From the NCBI GenBank assembly GCA_035620375.1, contig DASPGX010000028.1, positions 2,974 to 66,973 of the forward strand: DNA of 64,000 bases. Direction: 5' to 3'. Positions 56,379 through 64,000 of this stretch are shown here, one piece after another. Made by a program: the position numbers and the translations under genes. Numbering within the stretch: position 1 is the stretch's first letter; every line of letters begins with the position of its first letter. The stretch is from Minisyncoccota bacterium (GTDB lineage: Bacteria > Patescibacteriota > Minisyncoccia > 2-02-FULL-40-12 > GWA2-44-9). The notes beneath the pieces are model-generated. The model did no database searches. It saw only the letters and a list, made by a program, of their open reading frames with translations, and was not told the origin of the DNA.

Positions 56379-57683
56379 ATGGGAAAGCGCAAACCGTTGC
56401 TGGTCACCCTGCCGGAAGGCATCACCGAAATCGTCCCTGATGACGAGAAGTATTGGCATGCGGTGTTCCGTAAGGTGAACGGCCTGTTGGCGGACTACAG
56501 CTTCATGCGCATCGACCTTGCGCCGCTGGAGCACGCCGACCTGTTCATCCGCGCCTGTGGGTCCGGCGACGAGGGCGTGGAAAAGCGCCTGGTCACGACG
56601 CGGACGAAGGACGGGGTGACACTGGCACAGCGCTATCAGATGGCGCCGTCGTTCATGCGCGCGTACCTCCAGCACGGCATGCACGCGCTCGCCCAGCCGG
56701 TGAAGATGTTCGCGACGTCGCAAATCGTCCGGCACGGCGCCGACGGCATGCAGTCGGCGCTCAAGCTCGGCATCCAGACCATCGGCGACGACAACGAGGC
56801 GGTGGAAGCGGAGCTCATCTTCCTCGGATGCCGCATCCTGGAGTCGCTCAACCTCGGGCCGTTCACGGTCCGGATGAACACCATCGGCGACTCGCAGTCC
56901 CGCGTCACCTATGCCCGTGCATTGCGGGAGTACTACCGGTCCCGCGGAAAGAAGCTGTGCGCCAAGTGCCGCTCGTTCCAGCGCGAAAGCATTCTGATGG
57001 CGCTGGAATGTACGCAGGAGGAGTGCCGCGACGTGAATAAGGACGCTCCGCAAATCCTTGACCATTTGAGCGAGGAGGCGCGGGCCCACTTCAAGCGCCT
57101 GCTGGAGTTTTTGGACGAGGGCAAGGTGCCGTACATCCTGGAACCGTACCTGGTGCGGCATGAGGACTATGCGGCGAAGACCGTGTTTGAATTCGTGCTG
57201 GACGGTGAGCCCGACGCGGAGGGCAAGCCCACCGACGGGAAGACCGTCATCAAGGGCGGGCGCTTTGACCGGCTCTCGGACCTCATCGGCGGTTCGCGCA
57301 ACCTGCCGGCAGCGGGATGGTCGTTGGACGTCCGCGCGCTGGTGGACCGGCTCATCGCCAGGAACGCCGCGGTTCCCGAGCTCGGCGGCCGGCCCAAGGT
57401 GTTCCTGTCCCAGCTTGGCGAGGCGGCCAAGCGCAAGTCGCTCATGCTCTTTGAGGAAATCCGCAAGTCGGGCATCGACGTGCGATACTCGTTGAGCCGC
57501 GACACCATCAAGGGCCAGCTCCGTATGGCGGCGAAGCTCGGCGTCCGGTACGCGCTCATCTTCGGGCAGAAGGAAGCGCTGGAAGGAACCGTCATCGTCC
57601 GCGAAGTGGAGACCGGTATTCAGGAAACCATTCCGCAGGAGAAAATCATCGACGCGCTCAAGAAGCGCCTGAAGTCCAAATGA
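56379..57683 (+). CDS. hisS: Histidyl-tRNA synthetase (divergent N-terminal region)
   Basis: Class II motif 3 GGRFDRLSDLIGG...PAAGWSLDVRAL and a C-terminal HGTP anticodon-binding domain. The N-terminal motif 1/2 region is unusual. Confidence 0.7.
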   Translation: MGKRKPLLVTLPEGITEIVPDDEKYWHAVFRKVNGLLADYSFMRIDLAPLEHADLFIRACGSGDEGVEKRLVTTRTKDGVTLAQRYQMAPSFMRAYLQHGMHALAQPVKMFATSQIVRHGADGMQSALKLGIQTIGDDNEAVEAELIFLGCRILESLNLGPFTVRMNTIGDSQSRVTYARALREYYRSRGKKLCAKCRSFQRESILMALECTQEECRDVNKDAPQILDHLSEEARAHFKRLLEFLDEGKVPYILEPYLVRHEDYAAKTVFEFVLDGEPDAEGKPTDGKTVIKGGRFDRLSDLIGGSRNLPAAGWSLDVRALVDRLIARNAAVPELGGRPKVFLSQLGEAAKRKSLMLFEEIRKSGIDVRYSLSRDTIKGQLRMAAKLGVRYALIFGQKEALEGTVIVREVETGIQETIPQEKIIDALKKRLKSK

Positions 57684-58024
57684 TTGACGACGTGTTCTGC
57701 AAGATTCTGAACGGCGAAATGAAAGGAGAGTTCGTGTATCGTGATGACGAGGTGGCGGTGCTCAAAGATATCCGTCCCCAGGCTCCCGTTCACCTTCTGG
57801 TCATGCCGGTGAAGCACTATTCGGGAATCGGCGATTTCCTGGAACACGACGGTCCGGTGCTGGAGAAACTTCTGCGGGTGGCGGACCGGGTGGCGGGCGA
57901 ACAGGGACTGGAGAAAGGATACCGGCTCATCATCAACGAAGGCGATGACGGCGGAAAACTGGTTCCGCATCTGCACCTTCACCTTCTTGGCGGCAAGCGT
58001 CTGGGGGCGAAAATTGTCGGATAG
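57680..58024 (+). CDS. HIT-family (histidine triad) protein
   Basis: HLHLHLLGG. ATGA overlap with hisS. Confidence 0.85.
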   Translation: MIDDVFCKILNGEMKGEFVYRDDEVAVLKDIRPQAPVHLLVMPVKHYSGIGDFLEHDGPVLEKLLRVADRVAGEQGLEKGYRLIINEGDDGGKLVPHLHLHLLGGKRLGAKIVG

Positions 58025-58119
58025 GATGAGAGTTTACAGCTTATAGTTCGGAAGGACGGCCTTTCTGGCTACAAGCTGCAAGCTATCAGCTTCAGCATTC
58101 ATAGAAGGGAGGTACCATC

Positions 58120-58386
58120 ATGGTAGAAGTCAAAAGAAAACCCAACGAATCCACCGGCAGTTTGCTCCGCCGGTTCTCCCGCTTCGTTCAGCAGAGCGGC
58201 GTTTTGCTGCGCGCCAAGAAGCAGAAGTTCCGCACCAAAAAGATGACGGAGCGCCAGGAGCGCAATGCGGCAATCATGGGCATGCACCTGCAGAAGCTCC
58301 GCGAGAATCTCCAGAAGCTCGGCAAGTACGACGAAGACACCTTCAACGAAGCAAAGCGCCGGATGAAGCAGGAAATAGAACTGTAA
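58120..58386 (+). CDS. rpsU: Ribosomal protein S21 (with C-terminal extension)
   Basis: VEVKRKPNESTGSLLRRFSRFVQQSGVL matches the S21 N-terminus. GGGAGG RBS. Followed by yqeY, as in many bacteria. Confidence 0.7.
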   Translation: MVEVKRKPNESTGSLLRRFSRFVQQSGVLLRAKKQKFRTKKMTERQERNAAIMGMHLQKLRENLQKLGKYDEDTFNEAKRRMKQEIEL

Positions 58387-58387
58387 T

Positions 58388-58882
58388 ATGCTCAAAGACA
58401 CGCTCAAGGACGACATGAAGGCGGCGATGAAGTCGGGCGACGCAAGGGCGAAGTCAACCATCGCCATGTTGCTGTCCGCGGTGAAGAACCGCGAGCTGGA
58501 CAAGCGCTCCAAGCTCGCCAAGGCGGGGACGCCCGACGCGGAACTGGACGCCTCCAGCGCGCTGACGGACGAAGAGGTCGTGGAGGTCATCGGCAGCGAA
58601 ATCAAAAAGCGCAAGGAATCCATCGCGACGTTCGAACAGGCCGGCCGCGCTGAACTCGCTGAAGGCGAAAAGGCGGAGATGGAGGTCCTGGTCAAATATC
58701 TGCCCGAACAGATGGGAGAGGACGAAGTCCGCAAGCTCGTCACCGAGGCCGTCGCCGAAACGGGCGCCGCTACGCCAAAGGATATGGGCAAGGTCATGGC
58801 GAAAGTAAGCCCGAAGACGAAAGGACGTTTTGACGGTTCCCGCCTCGCCGAACTCGTAAAAGAATCGCTAATGGCAAAGTAA
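58388..58882 (+). CDS. yqeY: GatB/YqeY-domain protein
   Basis: LKDDMKAAMKSGD...TDEEVVEVI...KDMGKVMAKV pattern. Confidence 0.8.
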   Translation: MLKDTLKDDMKAAMKSGDARAKSTIAMLLSAVKNRELDKRSKLAKAGTPDAELDASSALTDEEVVEVIGSEIKKRKESIATFEQAGRAELAEGEKAEMEVLVKYLPEQMGEDEVRKLVTEAVAETGAATPKDMGKVMAKVSPKTKGRFDGSRLAELVKESLMAK

Positions 58883-58946
58883 GAATGGCAAATGGCGAAC
58901 GGTATTTCGGACTTCGCCATTCGGAACTCTTACTTCTTACTTTCGC

Positions 58947-59405
58947 TTGAGCGAGTTTGACCTCGTATTCCGCGACCTGACCCGGAAGCGGGACCCGGTT
59001 CTGCGCCGGGCTCTTGTGGTACGCGCATTGCGCGCGGCCTCGGGCGCGCTCCGTGTGCCACGCGGCATCACGGCGGAGATTGCCGTCACGGTTGTCGGGC
59101 CGCGGCGGATGCGTTCGCTGAACCGGAAATGGCGGAAGGTGGACAATCCGACCGATGTATTGGCTTTTCCACTTCATCCGCGCACGCCGAAAGGCTATAC
59201 TTCGGTATCATTGGGGGATATCTTCATCTGTCCCGATGTGGTGCGGCTCAAAGCCCGTCAGGCGGGAAATCCGTACTCCGGGCAGGCGAAGTGGTCGCTG
59301 GTGCACGGCATTCTGCATCTGGCCGGTTATGACCACGAGAAAAGCACGGCCGCGGCAAAGCGGATGGAGGCGCAGGAGCGGAAGATTTTAAGAAGCCTAA
59401 AGTAG
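58947..59405 (+). CDS. ybeY: Endoribonuclease YbeY (rRNA maturation factor)
   Basis: HGILHLAGYDHE zinc motif. TTG start codon. Confidence 0.85.
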   Translation: MSEFDLVFRDLTRKRDPVLRRALVVRALRAASGALRVPRGITAEIAVTVVGPRRMRSLNRKWRKVDNPTDVLAFPLHPRTPKGYTSVSLGDIFICPDVVRLKARQAGNPYSGQAKWSLVHGILHLAGYDHEKSTAAAKRMEAQERKILRSLK

Positions 59406-59573
59406 GATGCGAACTGTTTGCCCAAGTCCAAGGCGTGAGCGAGCATCGGAGCGAGTCGTACCTGGAGGTACGGCGAGCGAGAAGCACAGCGGCAACGCAG
59501 GAATTGGGCAAACCTGAAAGGCGCGATGCCGTCCGGATTTGAGGGACGGCTGCGCAGGCGCATTCCGGGAACC

Positions 59574-60815
59574 ATGGCACAACATCACATCATCTGCGGC
59601 ATAGATATCGGCAATACTCAGACGAAAGTCGTCGTCGCCAAGCCGTCCCAGGACGGTTCGCGTCCGCAGATTATCGGCGTCGGTACGGCATCTTCCACGA
59701 GCGCCGTCCGGAACAGCGTTATCGTGGACATGCAGGAGGCGACGAATAATCTTCGTCTCGCCATTCACCAAGCCGAGCAGATGGCCAGCGTTCCGGTCCA
59801 GCGCGCGTATCTTGCCGTCAGCGGCGACCACATCCGTTCGCAGATTTCCCGCGGAGTCGTCGCCGTTTCCCGCGCGGACCAGGAGATTTCGCAGAGCGAT
59901 GTTGACCGCGTCATCCAGGCGGCATCGGCGCTGAACCTGCCGCCGAACCGCCGCGTCATTCACACCATCCCGCGCGAATTCATCGTGGATGAGCGCGATT
60001 CCGTGCGCGACCCCGTCGGCATGAAGGGCGTCAGGCTCGAAGTGGACGTGCACATCGTGGACGGATTTGACCCGCACCTGCAGAAGCATCAGCGCTGCGT
60101 GCAGGAGCAGGGCATCCAGGTCGCGGAAATGGTCTATGCGCCGCTGGCCGCCTCGCTGACCGCCCTGGACCGACACCAGAAGGAATTCGGCGTCGTGCAT
60201 CTGGATTTCGGCGGCGCGACGGCGTCGCTGTCGGTATTCCATGAGGGCGAGCTCATCCATACGGCGGTGCTTCCCATCGGGTCCCGGCATATCACGAACG
60301 ACCTGGCGGTGCTGTTGCGCACCTCGCCCGACAACGCGGAGCGGGTGAAGCTGGAACTGGGAACGACAGGAGAGGCCGACGACCGCAGGCGCCGCGACCA
60401 GCTGGATTTGTCCCAGTACGTCGGCGAGGACCTGCAGGTTCCGCGCCGGACATTCGTCGGCGCCATTGACGCGCGCATGGACGAGCTCATGGAGAAGGTC
60501 CGCGACGAACTCAAGAAATCGGGGATGTCAGGACAGCTGCCGTCAGGCGTCGTCGTCTCCGGCGGCGGTTCGTTGCTTCCGGGATTCGCGCTCCGCGTCC
60601 GGGACGAGGCGCGCCTTGCGGTCCGCGCGGTCCGTCCGATGAACGTGGATGCGGCCGTCGATGCGGTATTGGACCCTGCATACACGGTTGCGCTGGGCCT
60701 TGTCGTCTGGGGATTCGGCCGCGAAGAGGACCGTATCGGCCGTCAGGGGCCAAAGATGGCCGCGCCGGAGTGGATGAAGAAGTCGTTCTCCTGGCTCAAA
60801 AACTTCGCGCCGTAG
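59574..60815 (+). CDS. ftsA: Cell division protein FtsA
   Basis: Actin-like ATPase blocks GIDIGNTQTKVVVA and LDFGGATASLSV. Lies upstream of ftsZ. The ORF-track start at 59526 is an upstream extension. Confidence 0.85.
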   Translation: MAQHHIICGIDIGNTQTKVVVAKPSQDGSRPQIIGVGTASSTSAVRNSVIVDMQEATNNLRLAIHQAEQMASVPVQRAYLAVSGDHIRSQISRGVVAVSRADQEISQSDVDRVIQAASALNLPPNRRVIHTIPREFIVDERDSVRDPVGMKGVRLEVDVHIVDGFDPHLQKHQRCVQEQGIQVAEMVYAPLAASLTALDRHQKEFGVVHLDFGGATASLSVFHEGELIHTAVLPIGSRHITNDLAVLLRTSPDNAERVKLELGTTGEADDRRRRDQLDLSQYVGEDLQVPRRTFVGAIDARMDELMEKVRDELKKSGMSGQLPSGVVVSGGGSLLPGFALRVRDEARLAVRAVRPMNVDAAVDAVLDPAYTVALGLVVWGFGREEDRIGRQGPKMAAPEWMKKSFSWLKNFAP

Positions 60816-60894
60816 AGTTATCCACATCCTTGTACACAGTCTGTTATGCGCGGTTTGCGCGCGTTTTTTTATTGTGATAGACCGCAGGTGAACC

Positions 60895-62064
60895 ATGACG
60901 CAGATAAGGCCTCAATTCGAGACATTCGCGCGCATTAAGGTGTGCGGCGTCGGCGGGTCGGGAAATAACGCGCTGATGCGGATGATTGAATCGCGCATTC
61001 AGGGCGTTGAATTCATCGCCATTAATACCGACGCGCAGGCCCTGCACAACAACCCGGCCTCGGTGAAAGTGCACGTCGGCCGGTCGCTTACGCGCGGACT
61101 GGGCGCGGGCATGAACGCGGAAATCGGCCGCCAGGCGGCGATTGATACGAAGGAAGACATCCAGGCAGCGCTCAAGGGCGCGGACATGGTGTTCATCGCG
61201 TGCGGCCTGGGAGGCGGCACGGGCACCGGCGCCTCGCCCGTGGTCGCGGACATCGCGCGCGAGCTCGGCGCGTTGGTCGTCGCGGTGGTGACGAAACCGT
61301 TCCTCTTTGAGGGCGCCCAGCGCATGCGGGTCGCCGAAGAGGGCCTGAACATCCTCAAGGACAAGGTGGATTCGCTCATCACTATTCCGAATGACCGCAT
61401 CCTCTCCATCATCGACCGGAACACGCCCATGACGCAGGCATTCCAAATCGTGGACGACGTGCTCCGGCAGGGCGTCCAGGGCATCTCGGACCTCATCACG
61501 GACCATTCGCTCATCAACCTGGACTTCGCGGACGTCAAAGCCGTCATGCTCAATTCGGGCCCGGCGCTCATGGGCATCGGCCTGGCGACAGGAGACGACC
61601 GCGCCATTGAGGCGGCAAAGCAGGCGATTTCCTCCCCGCTGGTTGAGGTATCCATAGAAGGTGCCAAAGGAGTCCTGCTGAACGTTTCCGGCGGTGCCGA
61701 CCTGACCATGTCCGAAGTCAACGACGCGGCGCGGGTCATCACCGAGCACGTGGACCGCGACGCGAAAATCATCTTCGGTGCCGGCATCACGGAGAAGCTT
61801 AAGAAGGGCGAGGTGAAGGTCACCGTGGTCGCAACCGGATTTTCGGGCGATTATCAGCCCTCCGCGCGGACGGTGGTTGCCGGCGGCTCCTCCCCGGCGC
61901 CCGACACGGACTATCTGCGTGCCGAACGGCCGTCGTTCCAGCCGGCCGCGGCTCCTCAGCGTCCCAACGGAGGCGAGCAGCCCCGTAGGCAGATAGTGGA
62001 CGAGAAGGCGACGGATGAATTCGACATCGATATTCCGGCGTTCATCAGGCGAAAAATGAGGTAG
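60895..62064 (+). CDS. ftsZ: Cell division GTPase FtsZ
   Basis: GVGGSGNNALMRM, the tubulin signature GLGGGTGTGASPVVA, and NxDFAD. Confidence 0.95.
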   Translation: MTQIRPQFETFARIKVCGVGGSGNNALMRMIESRIQGVEFIAINTDAQALHNNPASVKVHVGRSLTRGLGAGMNAEIGRQAAIDTKEDIQAALKGADMVFIACGLGGGTGTGASPVVADIARELGALVVAVVTKPFLFEGAQRMRVAEEGLNILKDKVDSLITIPNDRILSIIDRNTPMTQAFQIVDDVLRQGVQGISDLITDHSLINLDFADVKAVMLNSGPALMGIGLATGDDRAIEAAKQAISSPLVEVSIEGAKGVLLNVSGGADLTMSEVNDAARVITEHVDRDAKIIFGAGITEKLKKGEVKVTVVATGFSGDYQPSARTVVAGGSSPAPDTDYLRAERPSFQPAAAPQRPNGGEQPRRQIVDEKATDEFDIDIPAFIRRKMR

Positions 62065-62250
62065 AACTCCGCGGAGATATCCTTGTGCGGGCACGAATCA
62101 ACAAGCCCCCGTCGGGGCTTTGTTGTTCTCCTTCTCGCTTCCGGCATTGCTATGTCTCGGCTGCGAAAGTCCCTTACAAGGACATCCCCGCGCCGTTCAA
62201 TCGGCGTCGGGGAGGGTGAGGTGTACTGAATGTAGCCCGCCAAGGCGGGC

Positions 62251-62284
62251 CTTTTGACGGCTCATCTGATGAGCCGTTAAAAAA
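62251..62284. repeat. Intergenic palindromic element copy 4 (core GACGGCTCAT-ctg-ATGAGCCGTT)
   Basis: cttttgacggctcat-ctg-atgagccgttaaaaaa. Preceded by a second hairpin, gcccgcc-aag-gcgggc. Lies between convergent genes. Confidence 0.6.
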
Positions 62285-62345
62285 TAAGAAACAAAAATGC
62301 GTTCGTGCCGGTTGGGGGTCGGCACGAACGCGTTGGGAGAGCTGT

Positions 62346-62636
62346 TCAGAACGCTCCGGTCATGCGGGCGAGGGTCAGGGCGGCGACGAGCGAAACGCCC
62401 GTGCCGGTGATGACCGCGTATCCGAGCAGGCCGGCGTCCGGCCGGTTTGCCCGCTTCGCCATGACTGCGATGACCAGCGCCAGAGGACCGCTCGGGAGTC
62501 CGAAAGCGACCAGGAAGGCGCTATCGGAGATGAGTCCGACGGCGCAGAGGAGTACGCACAGGATGCGTACTATCACAACCTGCGTGAACAGGCTGCCCGG
62601 CTTTCCGTCGGTGCCCGACGTCGTCTGCTCGCTCAC
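62346..62636 (-). CDS. Small membrane protein (Asp23-operon-associated type)
   Basis: Two or three hydrophobic helices. Adjacent to the Asp23-like gene. Confidence 0.35.
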   Translation of the reverse strand: MSEQTTSGTDGKPGSLFTQVVIVRILCVLLCAVGLISDSAFLVAFGLPSGPLALVIAVMAKRANRPDAGLLGYAVITGTGVSLVAALTLARMTGAF

Positions 62637-62649
62637 GTTCGCGTGCCGT

Positions 62650-62985
62650 TCAGTGAACGTATGCCCGCGGGGTCTGCGGTGCGGGCACGTCGATTTCCTG
62701 CACGACCAGCGACACCGTTCCGGTCATCCCGTACGCCGCGAGGGCTTCACGGACCAGGGCGGTGATGTTCTTGTACGTGTCCGAGTTCAGCTGACGGGGG
62801 GCGCTCGCTTCCACGATGACGCCGTACCCCAGCACGGCGCTCCGGTGGGCGATGGCCTGCAGGGGAAGGCCGTTCACGGGGATGACCTGACCGCGGTCCA
62901 TGGAGTCCCTGACGACCGGACCGATGCCCTCGGTCTCGGTCTTCAGACTGTCGGCCTCGATGCCGATCCACAACGACTTGCTCAT
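62650..62985 (-). CDS. Asp23/Gls24-family (alkaline shock protein-like) protein
   Basis: ...SAVLGYGVIVEASAP...NITALVREALAAYGMTGTVSLVVQEID resembles the Asp23 C-terminal pattern. Flanked by small membrane proteins, as Asp23 operons typically are. Confidence 0.45.
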   Translation of the reverse strand: MSKSLWIGIEADSLKTETEGIGPVVRDSMDRGQVIPVNGLPLQAIAHRSAVLGYGVIVEASAPRQLNSDTYKNITALVREALAAYGMTGTVSLVVQEIDVPAPQTPRAYVH

Positions 62986-62995
62986 GCGGCCTCCT

Positions 62996-63256
62996 TCAGA
63001 AGTTCCCGGCTGCCCAGCCGCTCAAGACCCAGATGGCGGCGATGGTTGCCAGGATGGTTATGGCGAGCACCGCCCCTGACGGGACGCGCTCACAAATGGT
63101 GTCCAGGACCGTCTCCGCGCGGTCGCTCCACGTGGGCGCGGGCATCGGCCGGGCCTTCCCGTGCCAGGGGAAGTTCCCCGTGAGCACTTTCGCGCGGCCC
63201 TCGGTGGGCGATCGTCGCCAGTCGCGGTGCAGGGGAGTGAAGGTTCCGTACTCCAT
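62996..63256 (-). CDS. Small membrane protein (DUF2273-like position)
   Basis: C-terminal hydrophobic helix LAITILATIAAIWVLSGWAAGNF. Confidence 0.35.
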   Translation of the reverse strand: MEYGTFTPLHRDWRRSPTEGRAKVLTGNFPWHGKARPMPAPTWSDRAETVLDTICERVPSGAVLAITILATIAAIWVLSGWAAGNF

Positions 63257-63370
63257 GTCCGCTTAGCCTTTCTTTTCAACGATGTACTATTATACAACAC
63301 ATCCACCGAATCATCAAGGTCCCGGTTTTCGCCTATCCTCTCGCTTTTCGTACGCTTCGTTATCAACATT

Positions 63371-63398
63371 GCGGACCACCGGAACCGGGGCGTATAAT
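63371..63398 (+). promoter_or_regulatory. Candidate promoter for nrdJ (TTGCGG-18-TATAAT)
   Basis: cattGCGGaccaccggaaccggggcgTATAAT. Followed by a ~75-nt leader carrying a perfect 8-bp hairpin, gaccacgc-aagg-gcgtggtc. Confidence 0.35.
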
Positions 63399-63477
63399 GA
63401 AGTCCCTCAAAGGGGTATATTACCCGGAACAACTCTTTGACGACCACGCAAGGGCGTGGTCGCAACATCCTCACCGG

Positions 63478-64000
63478 ATGATGACGAAGGGTGCTTCCGG
63501 AATCGCCATGGACGAAGCGTTGGCGTCCCGGGCGACGCAGAACCCGCCCGACACGCAGGGCGAGGTGAACGGCAGATCCGCCGGCCGGCACACGGACCGG
63601 CAGGCAAGAGGTCTGCCGTGGGAGCGTCGCTTCGGTGATCCGGTAAAGCATCCGTATGACGAGGTAACGTGGGAGCTCCGCGATGCGCGCATCACGCGCG
63701 CGGACGGGACGGTGGTGTTTGAGCAGAAAGGCATAGAAGTTCCGGCGTTCTGGAGCCAGACCGCGACCGATATCGTCGCGTCCAAATATTTCCGCGGCCG
63801 CCTGGATTCCCCCGAGCGTGAACGCTCGGTGAAGCAGATGCTGGACCGCGTCGCAAAGACGCTCGGGTTCTGGGGGCTCAAGGGCGGGTATTTCGCCTCC
63901 GCGGATGACGCCGAGCGGTACGTGCAGGATTTGACCTGGCTGCTCCTGAACCAGTACGCGTCGTTCAACAGCCCGGTATGGTTCAACGTCGGCATGTACG
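63478..64000 (+). CDS. nrdJ: Ribonucleotide reductase, class II (adenosylcobalamin-dependent) NrdJ-like, 5' fragment running off the window
   Basis: YDEVTWELRDARITRADGTVVFEQKGIEVPAFWSQTATDIVASKYFRG matches the class II RNR N-terminal region. The start could also be the in-frame ATG at 63397. Confidence 0.7.
   Translation, partial: MMTKGASGIAMDEALASRATQNPPDTQGEVNGRSAGRHTDRQARGLPWERRFGDPVKHPYDEVTWELRDARITRADGTVVFEQKGIEVPAFWSQTATDIVASKYFRGRLDSPERERSVKQMLDRVAKTLGFWGLKGGYFASADDAERYVQDLTWLLLNQYASFNSPVWFNVGMY

Noticed and set aside
55713-57161. 482-aa minus-strand ORF
   Set aside because: Antisense to lepB and hisS.
59397-62094. Minus-strand ORFs 59397..60290, 60134..60685, 60844..62094 and 60999..61823
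   Set aside because: Antisense or out of frame relative to ftsA and ftsZ, both of which are unambiguous.

Overview
High-GC (~60-65%) bacterial chromosomal window with tightly packed, often overlapping genes and a small-genome gene complement (possibly Patescibacteria-like, though this cannot be established from sequence alone). All calls are made by eye from motifs in the six-frame ORF translations and from the nucleotide sequence. No searches were run.

Housekeeping genes recognised:
- leuS, a KH-domain protein, trmD, and a complete 16S rRNA with its promoter and leader/trailer processing stem but no downstream 23S.
- rnhB, gap, a split transketolase, tRNA-Ile(GAU) and tRNA-Ala(UGC) displaced from the rRNA, and a family-4-like UDG.
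- rmuC, H+-pyrophosphatase, pth, pepN, lepB, hisS, a HIT protein, rpsU-yqeY, ybeY, ftsA-ftsZ, and a 5' fragment of class II ribonucleotide reductase.

Accessory content:
- A ~3.5 kb gene for a giant repetitive surface protein with near-identical 510-bp tandem repeats.
- A ~15 kb block of co-directional, overlapping minus-strand genes (25282-40121), treated here as a candidate single transcription unit. It encodes a type IV pilus system (pilin, three minor/giant pilins, PilC, and PilB carrying an N-terminal receiver domain), an orphan receiver, and a multi-TM sensor histidine kinase. Immediately upstream is a four-gene candidate biosynthetic cassette: MIO-type aromatic amino-acid ammonia-lyase/aminomutase, GH3/PaaK-like adenylating enzyme, E1/ThiF-like protein, and nitroreductase. 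I consider this cassette the most likely novel system in the window.
- A copper/thiol-redox island: CopB-type P1B-ATPase, a Met/Gly-rich mini-protein, a Cys/His-rich protein, CcdA, and DUF1573.
- Two tandem presenilin/SPP-like polytopic membrane paralogues.
- Two paralogous small Cys-rich membrane proteins inserted between the transketolase halves.
- A family of four intergenic palindromes sharing the core AACGGCTCAY-N3-RTGAGCCGTT.

No CRISPR array, transposase or integrase was seen. The many long antisense ORFs are high-GC artefacts.
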